Positions 9,784 through 22,248 of a stretch of DNA of 64,000 nt are shown one piece after another. Where the stretch lies: the NCBI RefSeq assembly GCF_006345805.1, contig NC_043009.1, forward strand, positions 29,946,001-30,010,000, written 5' to 3'. The first letter of the stretch is position 1; each line of letters starts with the position of its first letter. Source of the DNA: Octopus sinensis (lineage: Eukaryota). The notes below the pieces were generated by a model, which was not told the origin of the DNA, ran no database searches, and saw only the letters and a program-made list of their open reading frames with translations. Both the position numbers and the translations under genes were made by a program.

Positions 9784-10352
9784 TTAATTCTTTGTCGTAG
9801 ACCCGTTAAGAAGTGGCTTGTATTTTGTAATAAAGAGATTTTCTTTACTTATTCGTTGTCTCGACGTTGTATCGTCCCTAAATCGGTAGAGGGGGAAAAT
9901 TCTGAAGTTTGGTGTTTTTTTGTTGGCGCAAGTATCTATGTGTTGGCTAAAAGCTATTTTTCTGTTTTGGGGAATTTTTATCTGGGATCTGTGCAGGGCC
10001 ATTCGTTTACGCAAACCATTTTTTGTTTGGCCTATGTACTGCTCTTGACACCCGGAGCAGGTTAGTGAGTATATTAGGTTCTCCGAAGCACATGTGAAGT
10101 TGCTTTTCACTGTAAAACGTTGTCCCTGTTTGAAGGAGAACTCAGAACCCTCGATTAGATAGTCGCATATCCCGCAATTGGGTCTTCAACATTTTTTTAC
10201 TGTCGGCTTCTGTGTTGAAGAGTGAATTTGGGCTTGTGTAAGGAGACTTTTCATGGATCTAGGCTGTCTTTTGCTTTTTATGATCGTGTGTGTTTGGAGG
10301 ATTGTGTTCATTCTGTGGTCTTTTTTTAGGAGGGGTATGTTGTGGAGGATGG
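9784..10352 (-). pseudogene. Penelope-type GIY-YIG endonuclease domain (one in-frame stop)
   Basis: ORFs 10186-10434 and 9784-10110 share one frame: IIKSKRQPRSMKSLLTQA...KKC*RPNCGICDY...NFTCASENLIYSLTCSGCQEQYIGQT...LRKRMALH...FSQH...KENLFITKYKPLLN. LIY/YIG motifs and the Cys/His linker are present. Confidence 0.9.
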
Positions 10353-10755
10353 TATATATATATATATATAGGTAAACGTCACTAATGTGAGAAGAGTACA
10401 AAATGGTACCAGCATCGCTAGAAATAAGAGCCAAGACGACTTATTAGCCACAAAAAAGCACTATATAGATAAATTGACGAAGGAAACAGAGCTTCCTATT
10501 AAAGTGAGACAAAGCAGCAGATATACCCATTTCACGGGATTTCGAATTCGGATGTTTAGCATGTCAATTCTCGTTTGTGGATCTTACTACGACTAGAGTT
10601 AAGCTCAACTCACTTCGTCAACTTATAAAAAACCCGTTGAAAGCATGTGCTATTTCAAAACGGCAGAAGCATATACTACAAATAATATAGGTGGCTTATT
10701 ACCAATTAAAATCTTTACATTACCTTTAGACTTTAATTGCTAATAAGCTACCTCC

Positions 10756-10799
<44 letters not shown>

Positions 10800-10854
10800 T
10801 ATATATATATATAATTATATATATATATATTTATATATATATATATATATATAT

Positions 10855-10887
<33 letters not shown>

Positions 10888-11306
10888 CAGAGAGAGTAAT
10901 CCATGACAATATCATATAAATGCTTTTAGTGTTCTTTACAGATTTTTCGCCATTACATCATTTGATGACGTGCGTTTATTTTATTCAATAACGAAACAGT
11001 GAGTGTGTGTAGCTGCATATATTATAAGTAGGTATACACTTTCATGTTAGATAGACATATGTTTAGATTCACTCTACTAATAGACGTTGTGGTTAAGCGA
11101 CAGGAATTCTCTTCTTCAGAAACCAAAGAAAAATTGTAAAAGTAAGCGTCTGTGATGATCTGGCTATACCTACAGAAGCCATTTGCGAATCGAGCCCTTA
11201 TCGTATGTGAGCAATTAATCCATAAACACACCTGCGTACATCTATATACACGCACACACGCCAGACTATATGTATCGATGTATGTATATATGTTTGTATA
11301 TATGTA

Positions 11307-11383
<77 letters not shown>

Positions 11384-12160
11384 ATTCGATTATATATATA
11401 TCTTGAAATTATAAAAATATTAGCAAAACTGAGAAAATGCCTCTGTAAAAACAAGCTTATCTATTCCACTATTTTTCCTTTGCCGCACTATTGTTGAATC
11501 TTAATGAATTCACTTTGATTCCTCCCAGAGTTCTATGTATACTTCTATGGATTATTTCCGCCTATTTTCCTTCAACGCCATTATACCATTTTCATTATTT
11601 TACATAAAATCAATAATGCTTGGATTCACAAATCACAGCGTTCATTTACAAATAAAACTCTCTCGCCCACTCACTAATCTAAAACTTTCTCTTCTCTACT
11701 GCTCTCTGATCCTATCCATCCATCCATCCATCCATCCATCCATCAAACCATCCATCCAGCTAGCTAGCTTGCAAGTTATCTGCCTGTTTGTCTGTCAGTA
11801 TATCTATCTGTTAGTCTGTGTATCTATTTAGCTACCACTCTCTCTCTCTATGTGTGTGTGTATGTGTGCGTGAGTATATGTTGCGCATATATGCAGGCAC
11901 ACACAAATACACATACACAAACAAATGCCTACACAAATATATACATACTGTTTCTTGCCTGATAGGTAGATGATGGCGTCATTTCTACATTTCAACATAT
12001 GAATTTTTATTCTTTATAAATGAAGATTGAATTCATTTCCTTTACTGATGTTTATTTTTATATTTATTCGGATTTTATTTATTAAACTTAGTTTCGAAAG
12101 GTACTTATGTTATATATACTCAGAAAATGAAAATCCTTAGGTCGTGTGTATGCATATTTC

Positions 12161-12606
12161 GGATCTTTTCGGTTTGAACGGCAGTTTTTAAAAATCATTT
12201 CCACGTAACTAAACACTTTTAAACTTCATATACTGGTAGAATGTGTTTATAAAATATCTTTTTCTCTTGGCTTTATTGAGAAATTTCTATAGTTTGTAAG
12301 ATATTTGTTGGTTTTTTTTTCTTCAATTTCTGCAATTTCAACCAATCACGGACGTCTATTGAGGCGAAAACATTCTGTGCCGTATGAATATGTGCCTCGT
12401 TTAAGAAAAAGATTAGGTTTATTTACATTTCTGAAGAAAAAAAGATACCCTTCCCCCACCCATAACCCAAACCCTAACCCTAACCCTAACTAACCCTAAC
12501 CCTAAAACAGATTGAAATGCAATAGATCGATTCTTTGGCTCATAATTATGGGTGACAATTTCATATTACATCGCTAGAAAAACTGCCGTTCAAACCGAAA
12601 AGAGCC
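12161..12606. mobile_element. 446-bp MITE, 29-bp TIRs, 8-bp TSD (Merlin-like), internal (CCCTAA)n
   Basis: TIRs 12161-12189 (ggatcttttcggtttgaacggcagttttt) and 12578-12606 with one mismatch. TSD CATATTTC at 12153-12160 and 12607-12614. CCCTAA repeats at about 12472-12505. Confidence 0.9.
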
Positions 12607-13054
12607 CATATTTCTGTCTCTATGCTCCGCTGCAGAACAGTATAACAGTCGATCATAAGAAGTCCCATAAAAAACAGAGGCTTTTCTTTGGGGAAAAGCG
12701 GATAGTCTCTTCTTTAATAAAACTCCATTTCGAAGGGAAATTATTCATCAAGGGCTCCCTAACAATTTTATTGCTGTTGAACTTCGCATCTTCTTGAGTT
12801 ACTTCGGTAACGAAAGACAGGGCTAAGCGGAGCCAGAATTTTCGATCTCAGTACTTTGCAGGTAATTTCTTAATCGATCTAGGCAACATGAAAACCAGAT
12901 ATGCATGTCTACTTACCTGAACTCATAGCACATACAACTGGAACACATAGGATGTATCGTATAGGATGCACATATATGTGTGAGCGCGTCAATGTGTACA
13001 TGAACACGAGCATACATATATGTGTGTATCTATCTATCTATCTATCCATTTATA

Positions 13055-13550
13055 TATGGTGGACGCCACTGAGAGATCTAGAGACAAACTCTGGTCAATC
13101 TCTCATCAACTTCTTTAAGTATCACTTGAAGAGGAAGGAGACAGTAGAGAGGGATGTTTTGTCTAGAGAACGTTTCAAAACAAGATGGGTGAATGTAGCA
13201 AGGAAGGCACGTGTGAATGACAGAGCCAGCTTGAGCATAATCCTATGAATCAAAAGAAAGGAAAAAAGAGAGCCACTTACTGTAATGTGTTTTTTTGCAT
13301 GACACTCTTGCCCAAGGTTCCCGTAGTCTTTTCCGTAGGCTTTTCTTTCCACGGATATACCTAATCTGTTTTCCCTTGTGAATCACGATTCCTATTGTTC
13401 GGCCCCAGTTTTTTTTTTCGCGATTTGTTTTTGATCAGAATTCGACCCACTTTTTTTCTTCTCTTCTTCTTCCCTAAAAGGAAAACTCTGCTTTGTATTT
13501 TCTCCCCTTTCTGTGGATAATTTGTGAGCAATTTGTCATGAGTACAGTTG
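13055..13550 (+). mobile_element. 3' end of an L1/Tx1-like LINE (ORF2 C-terminus and 3' UTR)
   Basis: WWTPLRDLETNSGQSLINFFKYHLKRKETVERDVLSRERFKTRWVNVAR...IIL* recalled as a LINE ORF2 C-terminal pattern; begins abruptly after (TATC)n. Confidence 0.45.
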
Positions 13551-13945
13551 GCAGTAGTTTCCTTGTTCTCTAGCATTCACCTTGCATCACTTCTCTCTTT
13601 CTGTCTGTCTGTCTCTCTTTCCTTCTCTCTCTTTCTCTCTTCCTCTCGCTCCTCCACTTTCTGTATGAAGAATGCGATGACACTATCTCGATTAGGTAGA
13701 TATAGTGAAAGTTTTTCACATCGGTTGTGCATACAAACACGAGCAGAGAGAAAGGGAGAGAGAGGGAGTGTGTGTGTGTGTGTGTGAGAGGGAGAATCTG
13801 TGTGAGAGAGAGGAAGAGAGAGAGACATGCTGGTTAAATACAGGACTTCTGTCACAGAGTAAAATATGAAAGACAAAATCTATACTTCTATATTACCAAA
13901 CGATTCCCACACAAGAGCAGGCACACACACACTTAAGGAGGAGGA

Positions 13946-14325
13946 AGCACTCTGTCGGTTACGACGATGAGGGTTCCGGTTGATCCGAACAACGGAACAG
14001 CCTGCTCGTGAAATTAACGTGCAAGTGGCTGAGCACTCCACAGACACGTGTACCCTTAACGTAGTTCTCGGGGATATTCAGCGTGACACAGAGAGTGACA
14101 AGGCTGACCCTTTTGAAATGCAGGTACAACAGAAACAGGAAGTAAGAGTGAGAGAAAGTTGCGGTGAAAGAGTACAGCAGGGATCACCACCATCCCCTGC
14201 CGGAGCCTCGTGGATCTTTAGGTGTTTTCGCTCAATAAACACTCACAACGCCCGGTCTGGGAATCGAAACCGCAATCCTACGACCGCGAGTCCGCTGCCC
14301 TAACCACTGGGCCATTGCGCCTCCA

Positions 14326-14326
<1 letters not shown>
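13946..14326 (-). mobile_element. tRNA-derived SINE, head type C with tail Y, full length
   Basis: Minus strand starts gtggaggcgcaa-TGGCCCAGTGG (A box)...GTTTCGATTCC (B box); tail shared with 62306-62636. Confidence 0.9.
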
Positions 14327-14375
<49 letters not shown>

Positions 14376-14504
14376 CCCAAATTAAATTATTTACAGTGCT
14401 ACAGAATGTAGAGCTACTAAAAGTAGTTAAGATAACCAGCATGTCTTACTCAACTCCATTTCAAAGCCTGACTCCTTAACGTAGATGTTTCTTTTGTATT
14501 GTAG

Positions 14505-14587
14505 GAAGAACACGAGCCGAAACTCTTCTTAAAAGATGGCACAAAGCAATCGAAAATACTCAAGCCATCCTCAAGTTACTCCCATAG
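14505..14587 (+). CDS. Candidate terminal coding exon, unknown gene (RTRAETLLKRWHKAIENTQAILKLLP*)
   Basis: Acceptor tttcttttgtattgtag at 14504, open frame to TAG at 14585-14587, protein-like composition. No homology recognised. Confidence 0.25.
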
Positions 14588-15724
14588 TCGCGTGTATTAA
14601 ATACACACGGTCTAATTGCAGAGCGAGTCTAAACGCATGTTTATCAATCGTATACATTTGAACTTCCAAATTTAGCCGCATACATACATTGAAAACCGTC
14701 TCGGTCCTTAGATTATTTTGCCAATTACGCACACAAACGCTCACATAAATACACAAATATACATGTATGTGTATGTATGTATGTATGTATACATATGTGT
14801 GTGTATGTGTGTGTATGTATGTGTGTGTGTATGTGTCTGTGTGTGTGTGTATGCATGCAAGCTTTGCTCGTGTTCTCTGTTTGATTCCTACTTTCACTAA
14901 CTGTCAACTATACACATGTGAAGAAGCAATTAAACCTTGCACTTAGCACGAAAACAATTAAAGTTTATTATAGCTGTTGAACTGAATATAATTGGTTTCA
15001 AACTATCTGCATATATTGTTTACTCGTTCTGTGGTTATTTTTCCAGTAACACAGCAAATTATTGCTCGCCTGCAGGCTATGTCATATTTGAAGTATTTTC
15101 AAAACACCTCCTCAATACAACAGAATATCTTGATAAATTTTATTGAGAAAGATAGCAGAGAAGTGGGAAGGGTAATAGCTTATTTAATTCGCAATTCAGA
15201 TTGGCTATTTAGAGGATTAATTTGAAGGTAGCCGAGTGAGAAAAATAATATTTAATAGATGTATTTGAACTAAATGGGTGACTGACAAGTTAACTTAATT
15301 GAATTAAAAATAGGAACGTACATACATGCATATGTGTACGTGTGACATAGAATTCGCTTTCTTCGTTTGGCATTGATATATAATTGAAAACGGTATACGT
15401 TGAAATATTTATTTTGCCTGTGAAATTATATGTAGTCACAAACGACATTTTGTTTAAAATATTCCCATCATGGATGGGAAAACTGCAATCGATTGACAAA
15501 CAAGAAAGAGCAGTCATGTCTTTCTTAAATTAGACCTTGTACGTTTAAGAAACGACAGATTTTATAACGTGAACCCGATAATTTGTTCTATCTCGGGAAA
15601 AAGATAGAATGCTCTTCGTTTGTATGGCTTTCCATATAATAACGTCCACTGAAAATGAGCTGATCGGATATTAATCAACAATACAACATCAATTTTGGGA
15701 AAATACAGAGGCATGTATACATGC

Positions 15725-15755
<31 letters not shown>

Positions 15756-15761
15756 CATACG

Positions 15762-15802
<41 letters not shown>

Positions 15803-16253
15803 TAATATATATATATATATGCATAAATACATACATACATACATATATAAATACACACACATATATTCTTTTACTTGTCTTACATTGGCGGTGTTGACAG
15901 AAAGAAGATTAAAGAGGGAATCTGTCAACACCTCAAATGTAAAACGTCTTCCCTGAAGATGGAAATTGGTATCATCCGACGATTGAAAGAATTTACAATC
16001 AATATTTTGGACCACAATTCCCCCAGAAACAGCTGTTGGACTCATAAAACTCTTATTCAATTCCTATAATTCCTTGAATCATTTCTATTCTGTGTAAACC
16101 GGACCTTTTTATATGTAAACATATGTACAAATTTTGGTTTAAATCAGTTTGATAATATCCGTATATCGACTTGCCTAACTTGCTTGTCCTTACATTTACT
16201 CCTTTATAAGTATATATGTGTATTTGTACACACACACACACACACACACACAC

Positions 16254-16300
<47 letters not shown>

Positions 16301-16352
16301 ATATATTGTTGTATTTCGGAATGGTCATTTTGCCAGTTATATACCAGTTTAT

Positions 16353-16423
<71 letters not shown>

Positions 16424-16444
16424 TATTCATATGTATACACACAC

Positions 16445-16592
<148 letters not shown>

Positions 16593-17519
16593 GCGATTAC
16601 ATATATAGATGTCTGTGTGTTATTTTGCAGCAATAATCTTCGCTTTTAACCGACGTGTAGATGGTGTTAAATCATATTTAACATTTTCCTTGTTATCTAA
16701 AAATCATTCATGTCGATGCATTCATAATTTCTTTGAGCTGAAAGGATTTTAACTCAAATGACCTGTTAAATTTGAAATAACAAATCGCCAGAGTCGGTAA
16801 GAGTCGCACACATGTGGTCGCGCATCTTAGGTACAACCGTTCCACAAATATTTCAACATTTGTAATTAACTATTAATGTTTGTAAGCTGTTACGAAATTC
16901 TAGCACTATTATTATTAATCTGGAGATTGGGTGGAAAACATTATGACTAGTTATGCTAATTGATTATCGGAAAATATAAATTTGACTGCTGTTACGATAT
17001 CAATGTTAAAAGCCATCCTAAAGTATAATGCTAACCATTTGTTACATTGATTGAACTTGATGGCGAGCAGAATAATGTTTAAATTGGATTGCACAAAATG
17101 TATAATTTCGCAAGTATATTATATTCTACATACATTATCTCGCGTTACTACCATTCATATTCTGTTTAGCACTACTCACAATGGAGTACAGATCTTACCA
17201 TTTTTCGGGTTAATACGTGAGTTTGAAGACGTTTCATTCTTCGTTTCAATTATCACTAGATTCTTCCTTTGGTATTTAAAACCGATTTTCGTTATTAAAG
17301 TACATATGATCTGTTTAACATTTATCTCAGATCTTCTGCAATACTAATAAATATAGCAATCTGCCAAGTAAGTATATAGCATTTCTTTTATATGATAGTA
17401 CGAAGGTTTGCCGTACGCCATTCAACCTACTGTAGCAAGCATGTCGTATAGACGAATATTTACTTCATTTCAAAGTTATAACATTGTTATTGTTAACATT
17501 TGGTTCACGTATTCATTAA

Positions 17520-17545
17520 ACTTACCATCAACATCATCATCATCA

Positions 17546-17581
<36 letters not shown>

Positions 17582-17589
17582 TATTATTA

Positions 17590-17646
<57 letters not shown>
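17520..17646. repeat. (CAT)n/(TTA)n microsatellite abutting a LINE 3' end
   Basis: Directly visible. Confidence 0.95.
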
Positions 17647-17647
<1 letters not shown>

Positions 17648-18848
17648 TCCTTGTATCACAAATTTTGTTGGAGGTACATGGTAGCGGACTTGCTAGCTGC
17701 AGCCTGCGGTGCCATACTATCTATTCTTTACAGCTCTCTAATAATCTCCGGGTTATTCTAGCTGTGCCAAGAAAGTAAATCTTTTGTAACAGTTCTAGGG
17801 GGCACTCTATTCCAATTTCCTTTATATTCCCCTTGATACCTTCTGATACTGTTCCCATGAATCCAACCATAATTGGCACAATCTTCACCTTCTTCATTTT
17901 CCATAGCCAGGCTATTTCGAACAGAAGCGGATTGCATTTATCTATCTTCGCCTTCCTTCTTGACTATTCGTGGTCAAAGAGGCATGCAACATCAACTATA
18001 TAGCACATGTAGTGCATCGTATCCACCACTACCACTAGGTCCGTTCTCTTATGCTCTAGCACCTAATCTGTTTGGATGTGGAAATCTCAGATGATTTTGT
18101 TAGTCTCCATCTCCACCACTCATTGCGGTTTGTGCATGTGCCACGTCTTGCCTCTCTAGCCCCCACTTTTTAGTCTACAATGTAGCACTTTCGCCACCTG
18201 ATCGTGTCGCCACAACATGTAGTGGTTTTGGGACAAGTCTAGGGAATTCGTTCGTGATATGGGCAATTGCTTATTCCTAAGATTGATCCTACTGGCTGCG
18301 TGGAATTACTTGTGTAGTCCCTTGTTGTGCAATTCTTCTTCATGTCCTTTTTTGCATTTCCCTTGTTTTTCATTTTTTTCTCTGCTTTCAATACTCACTC
18401 GTTCCTAACTCTAACTAGCAAGGCTTCCTTACTTTGGGCTAGGTATCGTATTAAGCTCCCGAGTTCGAGAAACATGTTGACTTCTTCACTTATCAGTCCT
18501 ATTCCTCCATTTGCTTTCTTCGTGTGTAAAGCGATCAATGTCCATACGTGGATGATGGGTACCATGTATCGTTAGAAGCTTTCTCGAGTTCCGGTCCATC
18601 TCCAATAGTTCCAGTTCAGGACTCCAGCGCCACATCGAACTACTGCGACTGCGCGCGAGTTTATAGCCGAAATTATGTTTCTGGCATTTAGCTTTTGAAG
18701 CCAATATTTTTCTCACTCACTGCAGGTACTCACTCTCACTTTTTGTCTTTTCCTTCATGTCATTTTACTTAATTTCCATCTGCCTCAAGTAATCCCACGT
18801 ATTCATATTTTTTCTCGTTCTTCGCATCTACCTTCAGTTGACCACGAA
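17647..18848 (-). pseudogene. 5'-truncated R4/Dong-type (restriction-like endonuclease) non-LTR retrotransposon
   Basis: Minus-strand fragments: LELLEMDRNSRKLLTIHGTHHPRMDIDR (RT thumb), QNHYMLWRHDQVAKVLHCRL (zinc-knuckle region), KVKIVPIMVGFMGTV...IECPLELLQK...GTARI (RLE C-terminus). Many frameshifts; the 3' end runs into (TAA)n. Confidence 0.85.
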
Positions 18849-19164
18849 ATTCACATTATTATCTTGTCTGATAGTTAACATATGTGGGTGAATTTAATAG
18901 GTTAAACTCCGAATTTGATACACAAATAAAATTAATCACCTCTCTCTACTTCTTCCTCTCTTCTTTCTTCACTCCCCCCTCTCGCTCTCGCTCTCACACA
19001 CTCACTCCCCCGTCACTCACTCCACTTTAACCTCTCTAACTAATAAGGGGCGAATGGACAAGTAGATTATTATGTAGATAATTTTATTTGTGTATCAAAT
19101 TTGGAGTTTAACCTATTAAATTCACCCACATACGTTAACTATCAGACAAGATAATAATGTGAAT
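18849..19164. repeat. 86-bp inverted repeat (2 mismatches) with a 144-bp spacer
   Basis: 18849-18934 is the reverse complement of 19079-19164. Confidence 0.9.
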
Positions 19165-19402
19165 ATTGTCTTATCGAACAAATGCCTGAAAATCCACAAA
19201 TATCCGTACATGTTTTATAATTACACACAAGAATAATAGAGTGAACAAGTTCTTTGATAGATCGATTTACAAAATTTATGTATATTATAGCATGATATGG
19301 CAATATTGATGAGGCCTGATTCAAATGAAGCGATTATAGATTTATGTATTTGATGAATTTCAAAGGCTTGCTCATTATTGTAGATAAATAGATAGAGGGA
19401 TA

Positions 19403-19456
<54 letters not shown>

Positions 19457-20357
19457 GGTCTATATGTATGTATGTATGTATGTTTGTATGTATGTGTATA
19501 TCTATCTACCTATATGTGTGTCTATCTATCTTTCTTTCTATTTATAAACATATAGAATTGCACACTTATACACCCACATACATACATGAAACAATGAAAC
19601 AACCTCTACAAGACGACAAGGCGTGATAGAAACTGTAGGAAATTCCTCTCGAGCCTTACCATTCAGCCTTTGCAAAACGTGACTGCATATTTTATAGCAT
19701 AATTCTAAACGGAATGATTGAATAAATGAAAGATTGATCACGGCTGTAATACCTTTTATCATTCATCTACTGTATTATCACTATCATGTATAAAAATACC
19801 AACACAACTAAACCAATCAAATAAAATATCTCCACTTATAAGGAATTCAAGTGCACATCAGTGATTATAATATAATATAATATAAAACGTTACTGGTTAT
19901 AATGAAATCCTACATAACTCAAACGTTATACGGTGGTAATTAAACACAAAGGAATTATTTGTAGTAAGCTGTGATGTAACACTTTTCAAATTCAGTTCGC
20001 TAGAATTGTCCAACAATGAAACAAGATAAGGTACTTTTTAAGCATAGCATAGGAAAGCATTCTATGGTATCTATGAAAATAGTAATGAACTGTGATAGAA
20101 TTAAGACCATATGAGAATGTAAATTTTACGAACACTAGAATTTTCATAACTTGCGTTTCTTAGAATCAATCTTATCATTCAGCAGACTGATATTCCCCAA
20201 ATAAAGAATCTGTTATCTTAAAGAACACTTCCTTGTTTGTCTTAACACTGAATTATTTGGATGGAACATTCGAAATTTATGTCTATTGTCATCAGTAAAT
20301 AATTATGGCAAATGCATTATTTCACTAGTTATATTTACTGAATCAGATGTAACATTT

Positions 20358-20700
20358 ACAGGGCTGGATGAAAACCCATCGAGGTCCTAAGCACTTAACA
20401 GATTTTTTGCCCCCATAAAAGAATATGTAATTCAAAATATAAACAATAACAAACCATAATTTTTTTTTTGTTTTTCAAAACGAAACAAAACAGTAGGAAG
20501 GAAAATAATGTTTATTTTTGTATACTTCTTTGATCAGATCCTCAATATTAATCTTAGTTAACACATCTGCATCTATACTTAATAGCGATAAAGACATCCC
20601 GAATATTAAATTAGCCAGTTTAAAGTGATTTTTTTCTGTGTTGTAAACCATTCGCCATTTCTGTGGTACTTTCTCCTTCCCTTGATGCCCCAAGCACGTG
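20358..20700 (-). mobile_element. hAT transposon 3' relic
   Basis: MSLSLLSIDADVLTKINIEDLIKEV resembles the hAT C-terminal dimerisation motif; CAGGGC-type terminus near 20358. Confidence 0.5.
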
Positions 20701-22209
20701 CTTATTTTGCTTAATGGTTAATCAAGTGCTGAACCTTTATGTGGTAGCTAGGCTTGGCTGCTCAGTCAAATCTCTTTCTAATATATCTATATCGTCTTAG
20801 TATTTTACATGCATTATTTCTAAAACGAACCCCGAAAATAAGAGCTGGTCACCGCTGGAATGCCTTTAAATCACATATGTAAACTTAGGGATATTAATTT
20901 TAAAAATCAACCCCTAAAAATATTATTAATTTCTCATATTGGTTAAATATGATATATATCAGACTTTAGATTGAGTCGTCCAAAGGGGAAACATTTAAAA
21001 GACGATTTACGTTATACATACATTATCACACACTGTAAGCATCAGGAGTTTTTGTAAAATAATTGAATGGTGAATTCGAATCTTAACAATTCCTGCGAGT
21101 TTATTAAATTCAATAAGTGAATCAGTGTTAACGGGAGGTATTCACACAAGGAAACGTAGGAGCCATGTGTAATCTAATATTAAAAAGTACTCAATGAATA
21201 TATGTTGCCCAAATAAGAGAAAAATCTGATGCGATTGCACACTACTGCCTTACAAGTTGGCATTAAGAATATAGTTGTAGTTATAATAGAGAATATGGAA
21301 CGGTAATGTGTAGAATGTCTATGACTTCAGATCTTTGCGACTTGATAACTGGCGCTAGAATGGAAACAGTATCGGAAAATTTGAATTACTTCAGTGTGAA
21401 ATGAAACACTTTCGTTTGAAACAAACATTTAACGCTGTAATGATCAAACAAGAATAAAAGTAAGTTTATGGTCGATTTAATACTTTATTATCGTAACTAT
21501 ACATGACGTGAAGATCGTAAGAGAAAGAGAAAAAAAGAGGAATAGCACAAGGGGGAAATGAGAACTGGGAAAAGGGTACAGAGAATGAGAGAGAGAGAGA
21601 GAGAGAGAGAGGAAAGCGTGAGTGAGACAAAAGGAGGAAAGCAAGAGTAGAAACAACGAGAAAGAAGGATCATACCGGATTTGGGAAGTGTTTCTGAGAT
21701 TGCATTTATAAATACGAGAGATGCAGGACATAAAATTCTAATGCCCTTCAAATCCACGTTCTGATATGATCTTAATTCCTTTACATTTTATTATGCAATT
21801 TTTTATGGGCACATTAGAGGAAGTTATGTCTTGCTATGTTTAAAACATATATTCCTCGTATGTTGCTTCATTGTTGAGCAATAATAGCATGTTGGGTTTA
21901 TAGAAAATTAATGAAAACAAGTTGAACAAAACAGCAAAGAGAAACCAACCAAATTTTGTCTAATTACAACTACATAAATCTGAATTGGAAAGGGCTCCAT
22001 TAAATTTACTGAAACTTTATATTCAAAAGTCTTTGATCTGCCTTCAACTGAACGGTTCTTAATTAAATTCATATGATTTATATTTAGGGTTCAAATTTAT
22101 AAACCACAATCAAGCTAGGCCTGACCAAATACCTGTATATATATATATATATATATATATACATTTGTAGCGATTAAAAAGCTGCCTAAACGTACTTACT
22201 CTTCTTTTT

Positions 22210-22248
<39 letters not shown>

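Larger units (their letters stand above)
8975..10352 (-). mobile_element. Penelope-like retroelement, 5'-truncated (linker, GIY-YIG endonuclease, 3' UTR and terminal region with hammerhead)
   Basis: GIY-YIG reading frame 9784-10352, about 800 nt of downstream sequence, hammerhead at 9023-9069, and (TA)n at both ends. Confidence 0.85.

Noticed and set aside
12472-12505. True telomere or chromosome-fusion scar
   Set aside because: Only about five units, lying inside a TIR- and TSD-bounded MITE.
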